Shown: positions 46,198 through 56,720 of the stretch, piece by piece
How positions within the stretch are numbered: position 1 is the first letter of the stretch
Layout: every line of letters begins with the position of its first letter
Assembly (NCBI GenBank): GCA_038326735.1
Contig: JBBQKH010000007.1
Location: forward strand, 2,937 to 66,936
DNA length: 64,000 bases
From: Cyanobacteriota bacterium
Lineage (GTDB): Bacteria > Cyanobacteriota > Cyanobacteriia > JARCMD01
Reading direction: 5' to 3'
Position numbers and translations under genes: made by a program
Notes under the pieces: model-generated
The model's input: the letters and a program-made list of their open reading frames with translations, nothing else
The model's database searches: none
Told to the model about the DNA's origin: nothing

Positions 46198-47784
46198 ATG
46201 GAACTGGATCTCTCTGAATCTCATCTAGAACAATTTCATCAACTTCAGGCGCAACTCCGCTTGCGTTGGCATTCCATTGAAGAGCTTGACTTTAGCCCTG
46301 CCGATATTCTAGTGATTCCCTCTGTAAGCCTGGACCAGAAGGAATTGCTGAAAATTGACGGGTTTCTGCACTACGAAGAACGGTTGCTGTTTTCCTTAAT
46401 TCGGCTCCACAATCCCAACACGCGCCTTGTCTACGTCACGTCTCAGCCCCTCCATCCCAGCGTCATTGACTACTATTTGCAACTGTTGCCAGGCATTCCC
46501 TTTTCCCATGCCCGCGATCGGTTGCTCCTGCTTTCGGTATACGATTCTTCCCCCAAACCCTTGAGTCAAAAAATCCTGGAACGTCCCCGCTTGCTAGAAC
46601 GCATTCGGCGCGCCATGCGTCCAGATCAGTCCTACATGATTTGCTACAATTCCACCCCTTCCGAGCGGGATCTGTCCCTTCAGTTACAGGTGCCTTTATT
46701 TGCCCTTGACCCCACGTTGTTGTACTGGGGCACAAAGAGTGGCAGTCGAGAGATTTTTGCTGAGGCAGGGGTGCCCTACCCCGATGGCAGTAAGCTAGTG
46801 TATCACCCAGAGAGTTTGGCCCAAGCGGCAGCGGCACTCTGGGAGCGACAACCAACACTACAGCGCATGGTGATTAAGCTCAATGAGGGCTTTTCTGGAG
46901 AGGGAAACGCGCTGTTGGACTTGAGACCTCTGGGACGGGTGGCTCCGGGGGTCGCCTCTCATTCAGAGCGATCGGACGCAATTTATCAAAGCTTTGCCGG
47001 ACTGCGGTTCCAAGGCAGGGATGAAACTTGGGCTAACTTTTCTAGCTCGATCGCCCATCTAGGGGCAATTGTAGAAGCCTTTATTGAAGGGGAAACGAAA
47101 CGATCGCCTAGTGTCCAAGGCTGCATCACGCCCTACGGGGATGTGGAAATTCTCTCCACCCACGACCAAATTCTAGGCGGCCCCGATGGCCAAATTTACC
47201 TGGGGTGCAGTTTCCCCGCTGATGAGGCGTACCGTCTGCCCTTGCAAGAACTGGGACGAAAGGTGGGACGGTGCTTAGCAGAAAAAGGGGCATTGGAGCG
47301 CTTTGGGGTGGACTTTTTGGCAGTGCATGATCCAGAGACAAACTTGTGGGAGTTGCAGGCGATCGAAATCAACCTCCGCAAAGGAGGCACCACTCATCCC
47401 TTTATGACCCTCAAACTGTTGACTAATGGACGCTACGACCTCTCCAGCGGCTTGTTCTACAGTCGGCAGGGGCGATCGAAATACTACACCGCCACGGACA
47501 ATCTCCAAAAAGACCGCTACCGGGGCTTGCTCCCCAACGATCTCATGGATATCATCGCTCATCACCATTTACACTTCGACACTAGCACCGAGACAGGCAC
47601 TATCTTTCACCTCATGGGGTGCCTTTCGGAGTTTGGCAAACTTGGCTTAACGAGCATCGGCAATTCTCCCCAGCAAGCTGAGGAAATTTACAACAAGGTA
47701 ATCAAAGTCTTGGATGACGAAACCCATATTCAACCGAATTCTGGCCCCTCCGCTTCAGAGTTGCCCATGACCTGGAGACGCTGA
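46198..47784 (+). CDS. ATP-grasp-like ligase (PGM1-type peptide/carboxylate-amine ligase family, tentative)
   Basis: 528 aa. The N-terminal LVIPSVSLD..ELLKI.G...YEERLL and central MVIKLNEGFSGEGNA ... EINLRKGGTTHP segments resemble ATP-grasp folds. The family name is from memory, not from a search. Confidence 0.45.
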   Translation: MELDLSESHLEQFHQLQAQLRLRWHSIEELDFSPADILVIPSVSLDQKELLKIDGFLHYEERLLFSLIRLHNPNTRLVYVTSQPLHPSVIDYYLQLLPGIPFSHARDRLLLLSVYDSSPKPLSQKILERPRLLERIRRAMRPDQSYMICYNSTPSERDLSLQLQVPLFALDPTLLYWGTKSGSREIFAEAGVPYPDGSKLVYHPESLAQAAAALWERQPTLQRMVIKLNEGFSGEGNALLDLRPLGRVAPGVASHSERSDAIYQSFAGLRFQGRDETWANFSSSIAHLGAIVEAFIEGETKRSPSVQGCITPYGDVEILSTHDQILGGPDGQIYLGCSFPADEAYRLPLQELGRKVGRCLAEKGALERFGVDFLAVHDPETNLWELQAIEINLRKGGTTHPFMTLKLLTNGRYDLSSGLFYSRQGRSKYYTATDNLQKDRYRGLLPNDLMDIIAHHHLHFDTSTETGTIFHLMGCLSEFGKLGLTSIGNSPQQAEEIYNKVIKVLDDETHIQPNSGPSASELPMTWRR

Positions 47785-47816
47785 CTCAGCCGCGGGGAAA
47801 AGCGCAATTTCAACGA

Positions 47817-47887
47817 AGCGGACAGCGGGAATCGAACCCGCATCTTTAGCTTGGAAGGCTAAGGTTTTACCACTAAACCATGTCCGC
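47817..47887 (-). tRNA. tRNA-Gly (anticodon UCC)
   Basis: The reverse complement is gcggacatggtttagtggtaaaaccttagccttccaagctaaagatgcgggttcgattcccgctgtccgct. It has a 7-bp acceptor stem gcggaca/tgtccgc, anticodon stem ttagc/gctaa with loop cTTCCaa, T-arm gcggg-ttcgatt-cccgc, and discriminator U. No CCA is encoded. Confidence 0.9.
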
Positions 47888-48060
47888 AAATATCAATCAA
47901 ATGGTTCATCCACAGAACCACTCAATGGGCATAGACAAAGGTAGCACAATTTTTAAGGGGCTGCCAATTTCAGATTGGCTTCGGATTGTTGATGTTGGAT
48001 TCATAGGCGATCGTACTCATTGGAGGATACTCTATCGCATTGATCCAGATAAAATACGCA

Positions 48061-48172
48061 TTATGTGAGTTGTTCAGGTAGCAGTCGTCGCGCAGGCTTC
48101 CAGCCTGCATCCAGATTTAGCAGGCAAGCGAGACGCTTGCGCGACGGTGGTTTTAGATCCCAACTCACATAA
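48061..48172. mobile_element. small palindromic MITE-like element (112 bp)
   Basis: Perfect 12-bp terminal inverted repeats ttatgtgagttg / caactcacataa. The interior is also largely self-complementary (gtcgtcgcgcagg... / ...cttgcgcgacgg). Confidence 0.6.
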
Positions 48173-48220
48173 GCCGTAAAATGTGAGCATCTGCTCTAAT
48201 AGACTCCAGGCAGCTTCAAA

Positions 48221-48624
48221 ATGGTACAAGCACCCTCCAACATCCTGACATTAGCGGAGTTCCTGCAATTACCAGAAACAAAACCTGCTAATGGGTATCT
48301 TGCTGGTTTAGTCACTAGAAACCCATGCCTCAAGGGAAACACAGTGCAATTCAAGGAGAACTTGTTTCTGCCATTAACCGTTTAGTCAAACCTGAGCGCG
48401 TTGCCCGTGCTTTTCCTGAGTTATGTTGTAACTTCGGCGATCGTCCAACCGTCCCTGACATTGCGGTGTTTACTTGGAGTCAGATTCCTCGCGATGAAAA
48501 TCAAGGTCGTCAGATAGAATTTGAAAAGCCTATAACTTCGCTCCCATTTGAGCGATGCTTCCTGGGGGCTAATCCAGCTTTCAATACTTTCAGATTCTTT
48601 TCCGGGACAATGAAACAACCCTAA
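48221..48624 (+). pseudogene. Uma2 (DUF820) endonuclease pseudogene (frameshifted and 3'-truncated)
   Basis: The frame from ATG 48221 gives MVQAPSNILTLAEFLQLPETKPANGYLAGLVTRN. The homologous continuation PMPQGKHSAIQGELVSAINRLVKPERVARAFPELCCNFGDRPTVPDIAVFTWSQIPRDENQG is in a different frame (track ORF 48325..). The expected C-terminal half of the family is missing. Confidence 0.6.
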
Positions 48625-49314
48625 GGTTAGCGATGATGGACTGCTCGTTTGTTGCCAAGAGTGGCAAGGCAACATTTGGAGTCAGTCAGTTTTGGAATGG
48701 CTGCGCCAGTCGAGTTGAGAGGGGATTAGAGATTTCGGTGGTGGGAGTAGTCGATGTAGAAACTGAGCAAGGCTATGCGTTGTCAGCCGAGCAGACCCCC
48801 GCTCAATCGAGGTTGCCAGGGTGGAATCGCATGGATCACTATCTCTCCCATCTCAAGAGTGTGCGCCCCTATCTGCCTGCTGAAGTCAAATATCTCGTGG
48901 TCGATGGAGTCTATGCCAAGGTAAACTTTGTCTCTGGAGCCGTAGATCTGAAATTGCAGGTCATCAGTAAACTGTGCTGTGATGCGATTTGAAATCGAAT
49001 TTATCTTTCGCGATGCCAAGCAGTTTACGGGGCTAGGGGATTGCCAAGCTCGCGATGCCCAAAAGCTAGCCTTTCATTTTAATGCCAGTTTCACGGTGCT
49101 GAATTTGGCGAAGCTCAATGCATGGCAACAGCACTCAGGGCAGGAGCCGTCTGTCTTCAGGGTAGCGAGTGTTAAACGCCGGATGCTCAATCACCATCTC
49201 CTCGACCGATTTATTGCCAACTTAGACCTAGAGCCGAGTCAAATTAAATCCCATCCCCACTACTTAAACCTTTGCAATTACGGCATTATTGCCGCCTGAT
49301 TCTGTCCGAACCAT
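48625..49314 (+). pseudogene. IS (DDE transposase) fragment: 3' part of the transposase gene plus the right terminal repeat
   Basis: It begins with 35 bp (48625-48659) identical, bar one mismatch, to the reverse complement of 38220-38254. It encodes MMDCSFVAKSGKATFGVSQFWNG... then, in another frame, EIEFIFRDAKQFTGLGDCQARDAQKLAFHFNASFTVLNLAKL (DDE_Tnp_1-like). It ends in ctgtccgaaccatt, the inverted match of the left end aatagtccggacag. Confidence 0.7.
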
Positions 49315-49723
49315 TGCCAAAGACGCAGTTGAATTAATGAGTTTTGTTAACTCACAGCTTGTTCCCTTGACTTTTATTCCAATACCCTTAACTCTCAAGC
49401 TGAGATGCCGTCACGATTTCCCGACTTTGAATTATTGTTAACTGTCGGAGAACCTGCTGCAACACAAGATCTATAATGACTCGATAAAGGAATCCCTTCC
49501 TTTGGTTAGGTCTTGCTCTCAATTGATTCCTTTGACTGAGGCGCAGCCCACCAAGCGATTACGTTCTGTATCCTTCATTTCAAATAACACCCAATCCTGT
49601 AGTAGCGATACAGGAGTTTCATAAGGCGGGGGCTGAAGCCTTTAAGCAAAAATCGCTGCACAGTCACAAACTGTAGATTTATCTACAGATCCTCGTTCCT
49701 TGTTTAAGTAGAGGAGAACCTCA

Positions 49724-52021
49724 ATGGCAGTTAGTCCAAGGGAGCGAGAGGCAAAAGTAAGGATTGTGGTCGATAAAGACCCAGTGCCAACTTCTTTTCA
49801 GAAGTGGGCGCAACCGGGGCACTTCGATCGCACCCTTGCAAAAGGACCCAAAACCACCACTTGGATTTGGAACCTTCATGCCCTCGCCCATGATTTTGAT
49901 AGTCATACCAGCGACTTGGAAGATGTTTCCCGTAAAATCTTCAGCGCTCACTTCGGTCACTTAGCCGTCGTGTTTGTCTGGCTCAGCGGCATGTACTTCC
50001 ACGGCGCGAAATTTTCTAATTACGAAGCTTGGTTGACCAACCCCACAGGGATTAAACCCAGCGCTCAGGTCGTTTGGCCCATTTTTGGTCAAGAGATTTT
50101 GAACGCCGATGTTGGAGGTGGCTTCCAGGGTATTCAAATCACATCCGGTTTCTTTCAACTCTGGCGAGCTTCTGGTTTCACAAATACCTATCAGCTTTAC
50201 GCGACAGCGATCGGCGGCTTGGTGATGGCAGGTCTCATGCTATTTGCTGGCTGGTTCCACTACCACAAACGCGCTCCCAAATTGGAGTGGTTTCAAAATG
50301 TGGAATCCATGATGAACCATCACTTGGCAGGATTACTGGGTCTGGGTTGCCTTTCTTGGGCAGGACACCAGATTCACGTTGCCCTTCCTGCTAACGCCAT
50401 GATGGACGCGATCGATGCGGGTAAGCCCCTCACCTTTAACGGACAGCTTATTGCAACCTACGCTGATATTCCTTTACCTCATCAGTACGCCTTTAGTACC
50501 GAGGCGATGGCCCAGTTCTTCCCCAGCTTCGCAGAAGGGCTAAAACCTTTTTGGACGCTGAATTGGGGAGCCTACGCTGACTTCCTCACCTTCAAAGGTG
50601 GCTTGAACCCAGTCACGGGTGGTTTGTGGTTAACAGATACTGCTCACCATCACTTGGCTCTAGCCGTTCTATTCATCATCGCTGGACACATGTACCGCAC
50701 AAACTGGGGTATTGGTCACAGCATGAAGGAAATCCTGGAGGCTCACAAAGGGCCCTTCACGGGTGAGGGACACAAAGGTCTCTATGAAGTGCTGACTACC
50801 TCTTGGCACGCCCAACTTGCCATTAACTTGGCGATGGTTGGCTCCCTGAGCATCATTGTGGCGCAGCATATGTACGCCATGCCTCCCTACCCCTACTTGG
50901 CAACCGACTACCCCGCTCAATTGTCTCTGTTCACTCACCATATGTGGTTGGGCGGATTCTTTATTGTCGGTGGTGCAGCTCACGGGGCCATTTTTATGGT
51001 GCGTGATTACGATCCTGTGGTGAATCAAAATAACCTCCTCGATCGCATGCTCCGCCACCGGGATGCCATTATTTCCCACTTGAACTGGGTCTGTATTTTC
51101 CTAGGCTTCCATAGCTTTGGTTTGTACATTCACAACGATACGATGCAGGCCTTGGGTCGTCCCCAAGATATGTTCTCTGATACGGCAATTCAACTACAGC
51201 CAGTTTTTGCCCAGTGGATTCAAAACCTCCATACCCTTGCTCCTGGCACAACGGCCCCCAATGCCCTAGCTCCGGCTAGTTACATCTTTGGCGGCGGGTT
51301 AGTTGCGGTGGGCGGTAAGGTGGCCATGATGCCGATGGCCCTGGGTACGGCAGATTTCTTGGTACACCACATCCATGCCTTCACAATTCATGTGACGGTG
51401 CTGATTCTCCTGAAAGGAGTGCTGTTTGCCCGTAGCTCTCGTCTGATTCCAGATAAGGCTAGCTTGGGCTTCCGCTTCCCCTGCGATGGGCCAGGTCGGG
51501 GCGGTACTTGCCAAGTTTCTGGTTGGGATCACGTCTTCCTAGGTCTGTTCTGGATGTACAACTCCCTCTCGATCGCCATCTTCCACTTCAGTTGGAAAAT
51601 GCAATCAGATGTTTGGGGAACTGTTGCTCCTGACGGTTCAGTGTCTCACTTCACAGGTGGCAACTTTGCCCAAAGTGCCCTCACCATTAATGGTTGGCTC
51701 CGAGACTTCCTCTGGGCCCAATCCTCTCAGGTGATTAGCTCCTACGGCTCTGCTCTCTCTGCCTATGGCTTACTGTTCCTAGGCGCTCACTTTGTCTGGG
51801 CATTCAGTCTCATGTTCCTGTTCAGTGGTCGTGGCTACTGGCAAGAATTGATTGAATCGATCGTCTGGGCCCATAACAAGCTCAGAGTTGCTCCAGCAAT
51901 TCAACCCCGCGCTCTGAGCATTATTCAGGGACGGGCTGTTGGAGTCGCTCACTACCTTCTAGGGGGAATCGTCACAACATGGGCGTTCTTCCTATCTCGA
52001 ATCATTGCAGTGAGTCAGTAA
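49724..52021 (+). CDS. psaA: photosystem I P700 chlorophyll a apoprotein A1
   Basis: [40 protein letters not shown] at the N-terminus, the FX-binding [12 protein letters not shown] loop, 765 aa, and its position upstream of psaB. Confidence 0.97.
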   Translation: MAVSPREREAKVRIVVDKDPVPTSFQKWAQPGHFDRTLAKGPKTTTWIWNLHALAHDFDSHTSDLEDVSRKIFSAHFGHLAVVFVWLSGMYFHGAKFSNYEAWLTNPTGIKPSAQVVWPIFGQEILNADVGGGFQGIQITSGFFQLWRASGFTNTYQLYATAIGGLVMAGLMLFAGWFHYHKRAPKLEWFQNVESMMNHHLAGLLGLGCLSWAGHQIHVALPANAMMDAIDAGKPLTFNGQLIATYADIPLPHQYAFSTEAMAQFFPSFAEGLKPFWTLNWGAYADFLTFKGGLNPVTGGLWLTDTAHHHLALAVLFIIAGHMYRTNWGIGHSMKEILEAHKGPFTGEGHKGLYEVLTTSWHAQLAINLAMVGSLSIIVAQHMYAMPPYPYLATDYPAQLSLFTHHMWLGGFFIVGGAAHGAIFMVRDYDPVVNQNNLLDRMLRHRDAIISHLNWVCIFLGFHSFGLYIHNDTMQALGRPQDMFSDTAIQLQPVFAQWIQNLHTLAPGTTAPNALAPASYIFGGGLVAVGGKVAMMPMALGTADFLVHHIHAFTIHVTVLILLKGVLFARSSRLIPDKASLGFRFPCDGPGRGGTCQVSGWDHVFLGLFWMYNSLSIAIFHFSWKMQSDVWGTVAPDGSVSHFTGGNFAQSALTINGWLRDFLWAQSSQVISSYGSALSAYGLLFLGAHFVWAFSLMFLFSGRGYWQELIESIVWAHNKLRVAPAIQPRALSIIQGRAVGVAHYLLGGIVTTWAFFLSRIIAVSQ

Positions 52022-52125
52022 TCGGTACTCAGCGATTAGCAATCACGTCAAACCTGGTTGTTAATTGCTGATACCCTAGCCCTGAATCCCTGTCCGCTAT
52101 CTAAAAGATTCATCTTTAAGGACTT

Positions 52126-54339
52126 ATGGCAACTAAATTCCCCAAATTTAGCCAAGACCTCGCCCAAGACCCGACGACTCGTCGGCTTTGGTACGGGATT
52201 GCGACAGCCCATGATTTTGAAAGCCACGACGGGATGACAGAGGAAAATCTTTACCAAAAGATCTTTGCCTCTCATTTCGGTCACATTGCAATCATTTTCC
52301 TGTGGACTTCCAGCCTCCTGTTCCATGTGGCATGGCAAGGCAACTTCGAGCAATGGATTAAAGATCCGTTGAATGTCCGTCCGATCGCCCATGCAATTTG
52401 GGACCCCCACTTTGGGCAACCTGCGATCGATGCCTTTACCCAGGGCGGTGCTTCTGGGCCCGTGAACATCGCCTACTCAGGGGTGTATCACTGGTGGTAC
52501 ACGATCGGCATGAGAACGAACAATGACCTCTATCAAGGTTCTGTATTTCTGATCATCCTGTCCGCAGTCTTTCTGTTTGCCGGTTGGTTACATCTACAAC
52601 CTAAATTCCGTCCCTCTCTGTCTTGGTTCAAAAATGCCGAATCTCGCTTGAATCACCACCTGTCCGCCCTGTTTGGGGTTAGTTCCCTCGCCTGGGCTGG
52701 TCACTTGATTCACGTAGCGATTCCTGAGTCTCGCGGTCAGCACGTCGGTTGGGATAACTTCCTCACCACCTTGCCCCACCCCGCAGGCTTGCAGCCTTTC
52801 TTCACCGGCAACTGGGGAGCCTATGCCAGCAACCCTGACACGGCAAACCATCTCTTTGGCACTGCCCAAGGTTCTGGCACAGCCATTCTGACCTTCCTTG
52901 GCGGCTTCCACCCCCAAACTGAGTCCCTTTGGCTGACCGATATGGCGCATCACCACTTGGCGATCGCTGTCATCTTCATCATTGCGGGTCATATGTACCG
53001 CACCAACTTCGGCATCGGTCACAGCATTAAAGACATGCTGAACGCCAAAAACTTCTTTGGCACCCGCACCGAAGGGCAGTTCAACTTGCCTCACCAAGGC
53101 TTGTACGACACCATTAACAACTCTCTACACTTCCAGCTATCCCTGGCTCTAGCTGCTCTAGGAGTTGCCACGTCTTTGGTCGCACAACACATGTATGCAT
53201 TGCCTCCCTATGCGTTCATAGGTAAGGATTTCACAACCCAAGCAGCGCTCTATACACATCACCAGTACATTGCTGGATTTCTGATGGTAGGAGCCTTTGC
53301 CCACGCAGGCATTTTCTGGGTGAGAGATTACGATCCTGAGCAGAACAAGGGCAATGTGTTAGACCGTGTGTTGCAACACAAAGAGGCGATTATTTCTCAC
53401 CTCAGTTGGGTTTCCCTCTTCTTGGGCTTCCATACCTTAGGACTTTACGTTCACAATGATGTGGTCGTTGCCTTTGGAACTCCTGAAAAGCAAATCCTCA
53501 TTGAGCCAGTGTTTGCTCAGTTCATCCAAAGTGCCCACGGTAAGGCGCTGTATGGCTTTGATACCTTGTTGTCAAACGCTGACAGTATTGCCTCTAACGC
53601 GGGTGCTGCCTGGCTACCTGGTTGGTTGGATGCAATCAACAGCGGTACGAACTCTCTGTTTCTTACCATTGGCCCTGGCGACTTCTTGGTTCACCATGCG
53701 ATCGCCTTGGGTCTGCACACCACCACCTTGGTTCTTGTCAAGGGTGCGTTGGATGCCCGTGGTTCCAAGCTGATGCCGGACAAAAAAGACTTCGGCTATA
53801 GCTTCCCCTGTGACGGGCCGGGTCGAGGCGGTACCTGCGACATCTCTGCTTGGGATGCCTTCTACCTGGCAATGTTCTGGATGTTGAATACCATTGGTTG
53901 GGTCACCTTCTATTGGCACTGGAAACATTTAGGAATCTGGCAGGGCAACGTCGCTCAGTTCAATGAGTCCTCAACTTACCTGATGGGTTGGTTGCGTGAC
54001 TACTTGTGGCTAAACTCAGCCCAGTTGATCAATGGCTACAATCCCTACGGCATGAACAATCTAGCGGTTTGGGCTTGGATGTTCCTCTTTGGACACCTAG
54101 TCTGGGCAACTGGCTTCATGTTCCTAATCTCTTGGAGAGGATACTGGCAAGAGCTAATCGAAACCTTGGTCTGGGCCCACGAGCGCACACCTCTAGCAAA
54201 CCTGGTTCGCTGGAAAGATAAGCCTGTGGCAATGTCCATTGTCCAAGGTCGGTTGATTGGTCTAGCTCACTTCACCGTTGGCTATGTCTTGACCTACGCT
54301 GCCTTCCTCATTGCTTCAACAGCTAGTAAGTTCACCTAA
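52126..54339 (+). CDS. psaB: photosystem I P700 chlorophyll a apoprotein A2
   Basis: [53 protein letters not shown], the [12 protein letters not shown] loop, 737 aa. Confidence 0.97.
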   Translation: MATKFPKFSQDLAQDPTTRRLWYGIATAHDFESHDGMTEENLYQKIFASHFGHIAIIFLWTSSLLFHVAWQGNFEQWIKDPLNVRPIAHAIWDPHFGQPAIDAFTQGGASGPVNIAYSGVYHWWYTIGMRTNNDLYQGSVFLIILSAVFLFAGWLHLQPKFRPSLSWFKNAESRLNHHLSALFGVSSLAWAGHLIHVAIPESRGQHVGWDNFLTTLPHPAGLQPFFTGNWGAYASNPDTANHLFGTAQGSGTAILTFLGGFHPQTESLWLTDMAHHHLAIAVIFIIAGHMYRTNFGIGHSIKDMLNAKNFFGTRTEGQFNLPHQGLYDTINNSLHFQLSLALAALGVATSLVAQHMYALPPYAFIGKDFTTQAALYTHHQYIAGFLMVGAFAHAGIFWVRDYDPEQNKGNVLDRVLQHKEAIISHLSWVSLFLGFHTLGLYVHNDVVVAFGTPEKQILIEPVFAQFIQSAHGKALYGFDTLLSNADSIASNAGAAWLPGWLDAINSGTNSLFLTIGPGDFLVHHAIALGLHTTTLVLVKGALDARGSKLMPDKKDFGYSFPCDGPGRGGTCDISAWDAFYLAMFWMLNTIGWVTFYWHWKHLGIWQGNVAQFNESSTYLMGWLRDYLWLNSAQLINGYNPYGMNNLAVWAWMFLFGHLVWATGFMFLISWRGYWQELIETLVWAHERTPLANLVRWKDKPVAMSIVQGRLIGLAHFTVGYVLTYAAFLIASTASKFT

Positions 54340-54365
54340 CCTGAGGTTGACTTCTAGTTGAGCAT

Positions 54366-54399
54366 AAAAAATCCCCTGCTTAACGGCGGGGGATTTTTT
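54366..54399 (+). terminator. rho-independent terminator of psaAB
   Basis: aaaaaatcccctgc-ttaac-ggcgggggatttttt. A GC-rich stem is flanked by an A-run and a T-run, so it could act in both directions. Confidence 0.8.
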
Positions 54400-54473
54400 A
54401 TGCGCTATGCTGCCAAAGTGCTTGGCACACAGGATAAGCTATTGGGCATTCTCTCTGATTTCTACGTTCAATC

Positions 54474-54776
54474 ATGCCCAACCAGACTGACAATGATGCG
54501 ATCGTCCTCGAAGACTTAGCCGCTACAATCGTCCGGATTGACATTCATTATCGGCGGGCAGATTTCAATGACAAGGTGAATCTGAAACCTGAACGAGACA
54601 GAGCCTTCAATGCCTATACCCAAGCTCGGTTAAAACTCTTGGAGGAGGGCGTTGTCTGCACTGCCGCAGATATTGAAAAAATGAAGTCGATTCGCCAAGC
54701 CATTGTGCAAGCTAAGACAACTCAATCCCTAATTACTGGAATTGGACGTTTGGTTGGATTCTTAGCCGCTTTATAG
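54474..54776 (+). CDS. hypothetical protein
   Basis: 100-aa ORF with coding-like composition and no recognisable motif. Confidence 0.35.
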   Translation: MPNQTDNDAIVLEDLAATIVRIDIHYRRADFNDKVNLKPERDRAFNAYTQARLKLLEEGVVCTAADIEKMKSIRQAIVQAKTTQSLITGIGRLVGFLAAL

Positions 54777-55068
54777 AAAATTTCATAAAGAGACTGTTAT
54801 ATCTGACAAAAGGCATATTGTTATGCAGTGGTTAGACCGCCTGGTTATTTGTTTGGGTGCAACCGGAAGTTTAACACTAGGGTGCGATCGCTAAATAACC
54901 GCAACTTCTATTGTGAAGTTGTACTTGCGTGATTACTTGCTCAAGTGCATCTGACTTTTCTCCGACTTTTTCCTGACCTTCCCCGACTGACGAGGCAGAT
55001 ATAGGGAGATTAGATTGAATTCAGTTCCAGCAGTTTAGATTCACCTTACTTCTCGCTTAAAGGATCTT

Positions 55069-55620
55069 ATGTTCAAGAAAGCAGCTATTCTTGGTTTGGC
55101 AGTAATTGGTCTTTCGTCAACACCTGTATATGCCGATGGCGTATTTTCAAGGTCGAGCTTGAAAATTGGAGACATTAGTCTCTCAATCAACAACTCAGGC
55201 ACAGTACTCACAAAAACACAGGCATCCACAGGAAAGTGGTTAGGAGAGCAGAAGTTTCGGTCCTTTGGTGGCATGATGTGGGTACCTGAACGCAGTGTTC
55301 TTTTTGTATCAGGTGTTCTAGAGGGTGATAATAGACCAGTGCTTGTCAAAATTAAGACTACTGGTGGTGGTGGTCAAAACATGTTTGCCTTAACGCCAGA
55401 TGGTGGTTCATTTCCTGGTTACAAGTATCGGCTAGGCTCGCAGCCCATAAGCGTCCAAACAATGAGCTACAACGGTAACTTACAAGTTGGAAGTGGTTCA
55501 ACAACGTATCGGATCAAAGATGTTGGCGGCACTGGTAATAATATGTTTGCGCTAGTTGACGAAACAAGCTGTAAAAGTCTGTCAGGTTACAGCTACTTCA
55601 TAGAGTGTATTGTCAAGTAA
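55069..55620 (+). CDS. secreted hypothetical protein with an internal duplicated motif
   Basis: Signal peptide MFKKAAILGLAVIGLSSTPVYA. The motif GG(G/T)G(Q/N)NMFAL occurs twice (TTGGGGQNMFALTPDGG and VGGTGNNMFALVDE). Confidence 0.45.
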   Translation: MFKKAAILGLAVIGLSSTPVYADGVFSRSSLKIGDISLSINNSGTVLTKTQASTGKWLGEQKFRSFGGMMWVPERSVLFVSGVLEGDNRPVLVKIKTTGGGGQNMFALTPDGGSFPGYKYRLGSQPISVQTMSYNGNLQVGSGSTTYRIKDVGGTGNNMFALVDETSCKSLSGYSYFIECIVK

Positions 55621-55780
55621 GTCCGATCATTCATCGCCGTAAGCTGGGTTGACAAAAGGAAACCCAGCATCTCTTTCCCCACAGCACTGTCCAAAAACTC
55701 GATCTCGGTTGGAACTGTGACCGTGGGTGCAATCTCCTAGATTAAAATGAGAGGGCAACTATTGAAACGAGGGCAAGCCT

Positions 55781-56053
55781 ATGACAGTTCGACAACCCCG
55801 GTACAGCAAAGAAGAATTTGCTCGACGGGGCGATGAGATTTATGAATCTCAGGTGCGTCAACAAGTTGAGGAAGGCAATCATGGCAAGATTGTGGCGATA
55901 GATCTCGAAACTGGAGCCTTTGAGGTGGATGCAAGTGAAGTTGCTGCCTGCAATCGCCTCGAAGCCCGTTACCCAGATGCTCAAATCTGGATTATTCGTG
56001 TTGGTTCCCGTCATGTGCGTCGATTCGGCGGACGGACGAAGAGAGCCGTATGA
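55781..56053 (+). CDS. small protein, upstream partner of the aspartic-protease-like ORF
   Basis: 90 aa. Its stop overlaps the start of the next ORF (ATGA at 56050-56053). The sequence GKIVAIDLETGAFEVD recalls the small partner proteins found with clan AA protease genes in cyanobacteria. Confidence 0.45.
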   Translation: MTVRQPRYSKEEFARRGDEIYESQVRQQVEEGNHGKIVAIDLETGAFEVDASEVAACNRLEARYPDAQIWIIRVGSRHVRRFGGRTKRAV

Positions 56054-56424
56054 TCGCTGGAGTTGTCCGTGATTTTGAGCCGATTATTCCACTTTCAGTT
56101 TGTGGTTCCGATAGTAAGGTTTACACGCAAGATGCGATCGTAGACATAGGCTTTGATGGTTGGCTTTCGCTGCCTTCTGACTTGATTGCCCAGTTAAATC
56201 TAAGATGGAAAAGGCGAGGACGCGCCATTCTTGGAGACGGCAGCGAGTGTGTTTTCAATGTTTATGAAGCGATAGTCGTTTGGGATGGAGATCCGTTGAC
56301 CATCCCGGTTGATGAAGCTGACTCAGATCCCTTGATTGGGATGTCGCTAATGGAGGGCTATCAGCTAACAGTGCAGGTGTTTGAGGGAGGTCTTGTCGAA
56401 CTCAGTAAAGTTAACACGGTCTAA
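56050..56424 (+). CDS. retropepsin-like (clan AA) aspartic protease, tentative
   Basis: 124 aa. AIVDIGFDGWLSLPSDL occupies the position of the D(T/S)G active-site loop (here D-I-G). PLIGMSLMEGYQL resembles the C-terminal dimerisation strand. Confidence 0.45.
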   Translation: MIAGVVRDFEPIIPLSVCGSDSKVYTQDAIVDIGFDGWLSLPSDLIAQLNLRWKRRGRAILGDGSECVFNVYEAIVVWDGDPLTIPVDEADSDPLIGMSLMEGYQLTVQVFEGGLVELSKVNTV

Positions 56425-56611
56425 CAACCCGGTTGGAGCGGACTTTCAAGGTTGATCGGTGTTATGGCAAAGGTTATTGATAGCCGCTCAGCTCGATCGT
56501 TAGCAGCAGTGGTTAGCAATGGCAAAGAGCAACTTTAGGAGGCAAGTAGAATTATCTAGCCCTGGTTAAGAGACGTTCGACCCTCTTCGTCCTCATTTCC
56601 TGTAGACTGCA

Positions 56612-56720
56612 CTAGTAGTCTGTCAATCATTAATTGACGGGTAGCTGAAAGCTCGGAAGTTAGTTGGAGTTAAATTTTGAGGGTCTTCGACCCCTCAAAA
56701 TTTTCTTGACAGAACACTAG
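56612..56720 (-). mobile_element. MITE type 2, copy 2
   Basis: Reverse complement of the 32765-32874 element, running ctagtagtctgtcaatcattaattgac...caaaattttcttgacagaacactag. Confidence 0.8.

Noticed and set aside
47880-48068. 62-aa ORF overlapping the 5' end of the tRNA-Gly gene
   Set aside because: Its start overlaps the tRNA on the opposite strand and its stop lies in a MITE terminus. At best it is a gene remnant (see the decay-zone finding), so I did not list it as a CDS.
49471-49476. TATAAT hexamer about 250 nt upstream of psaA as the psaAB promoter -10 box
   Set aside because: I could not find a convincing -35 box at 17±1 nt or an HLR1-type direct repeat. Calling a promoter from one hexamer in an AT-rich spacer is not supportable.
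49961-54239. Numerous 60-170 aa ORFs inside and antisense to psaA/psaB
   Set aside because: They are embedded in two unambiguous, highly conserved photosystem I genes. These are shadow ORFs.
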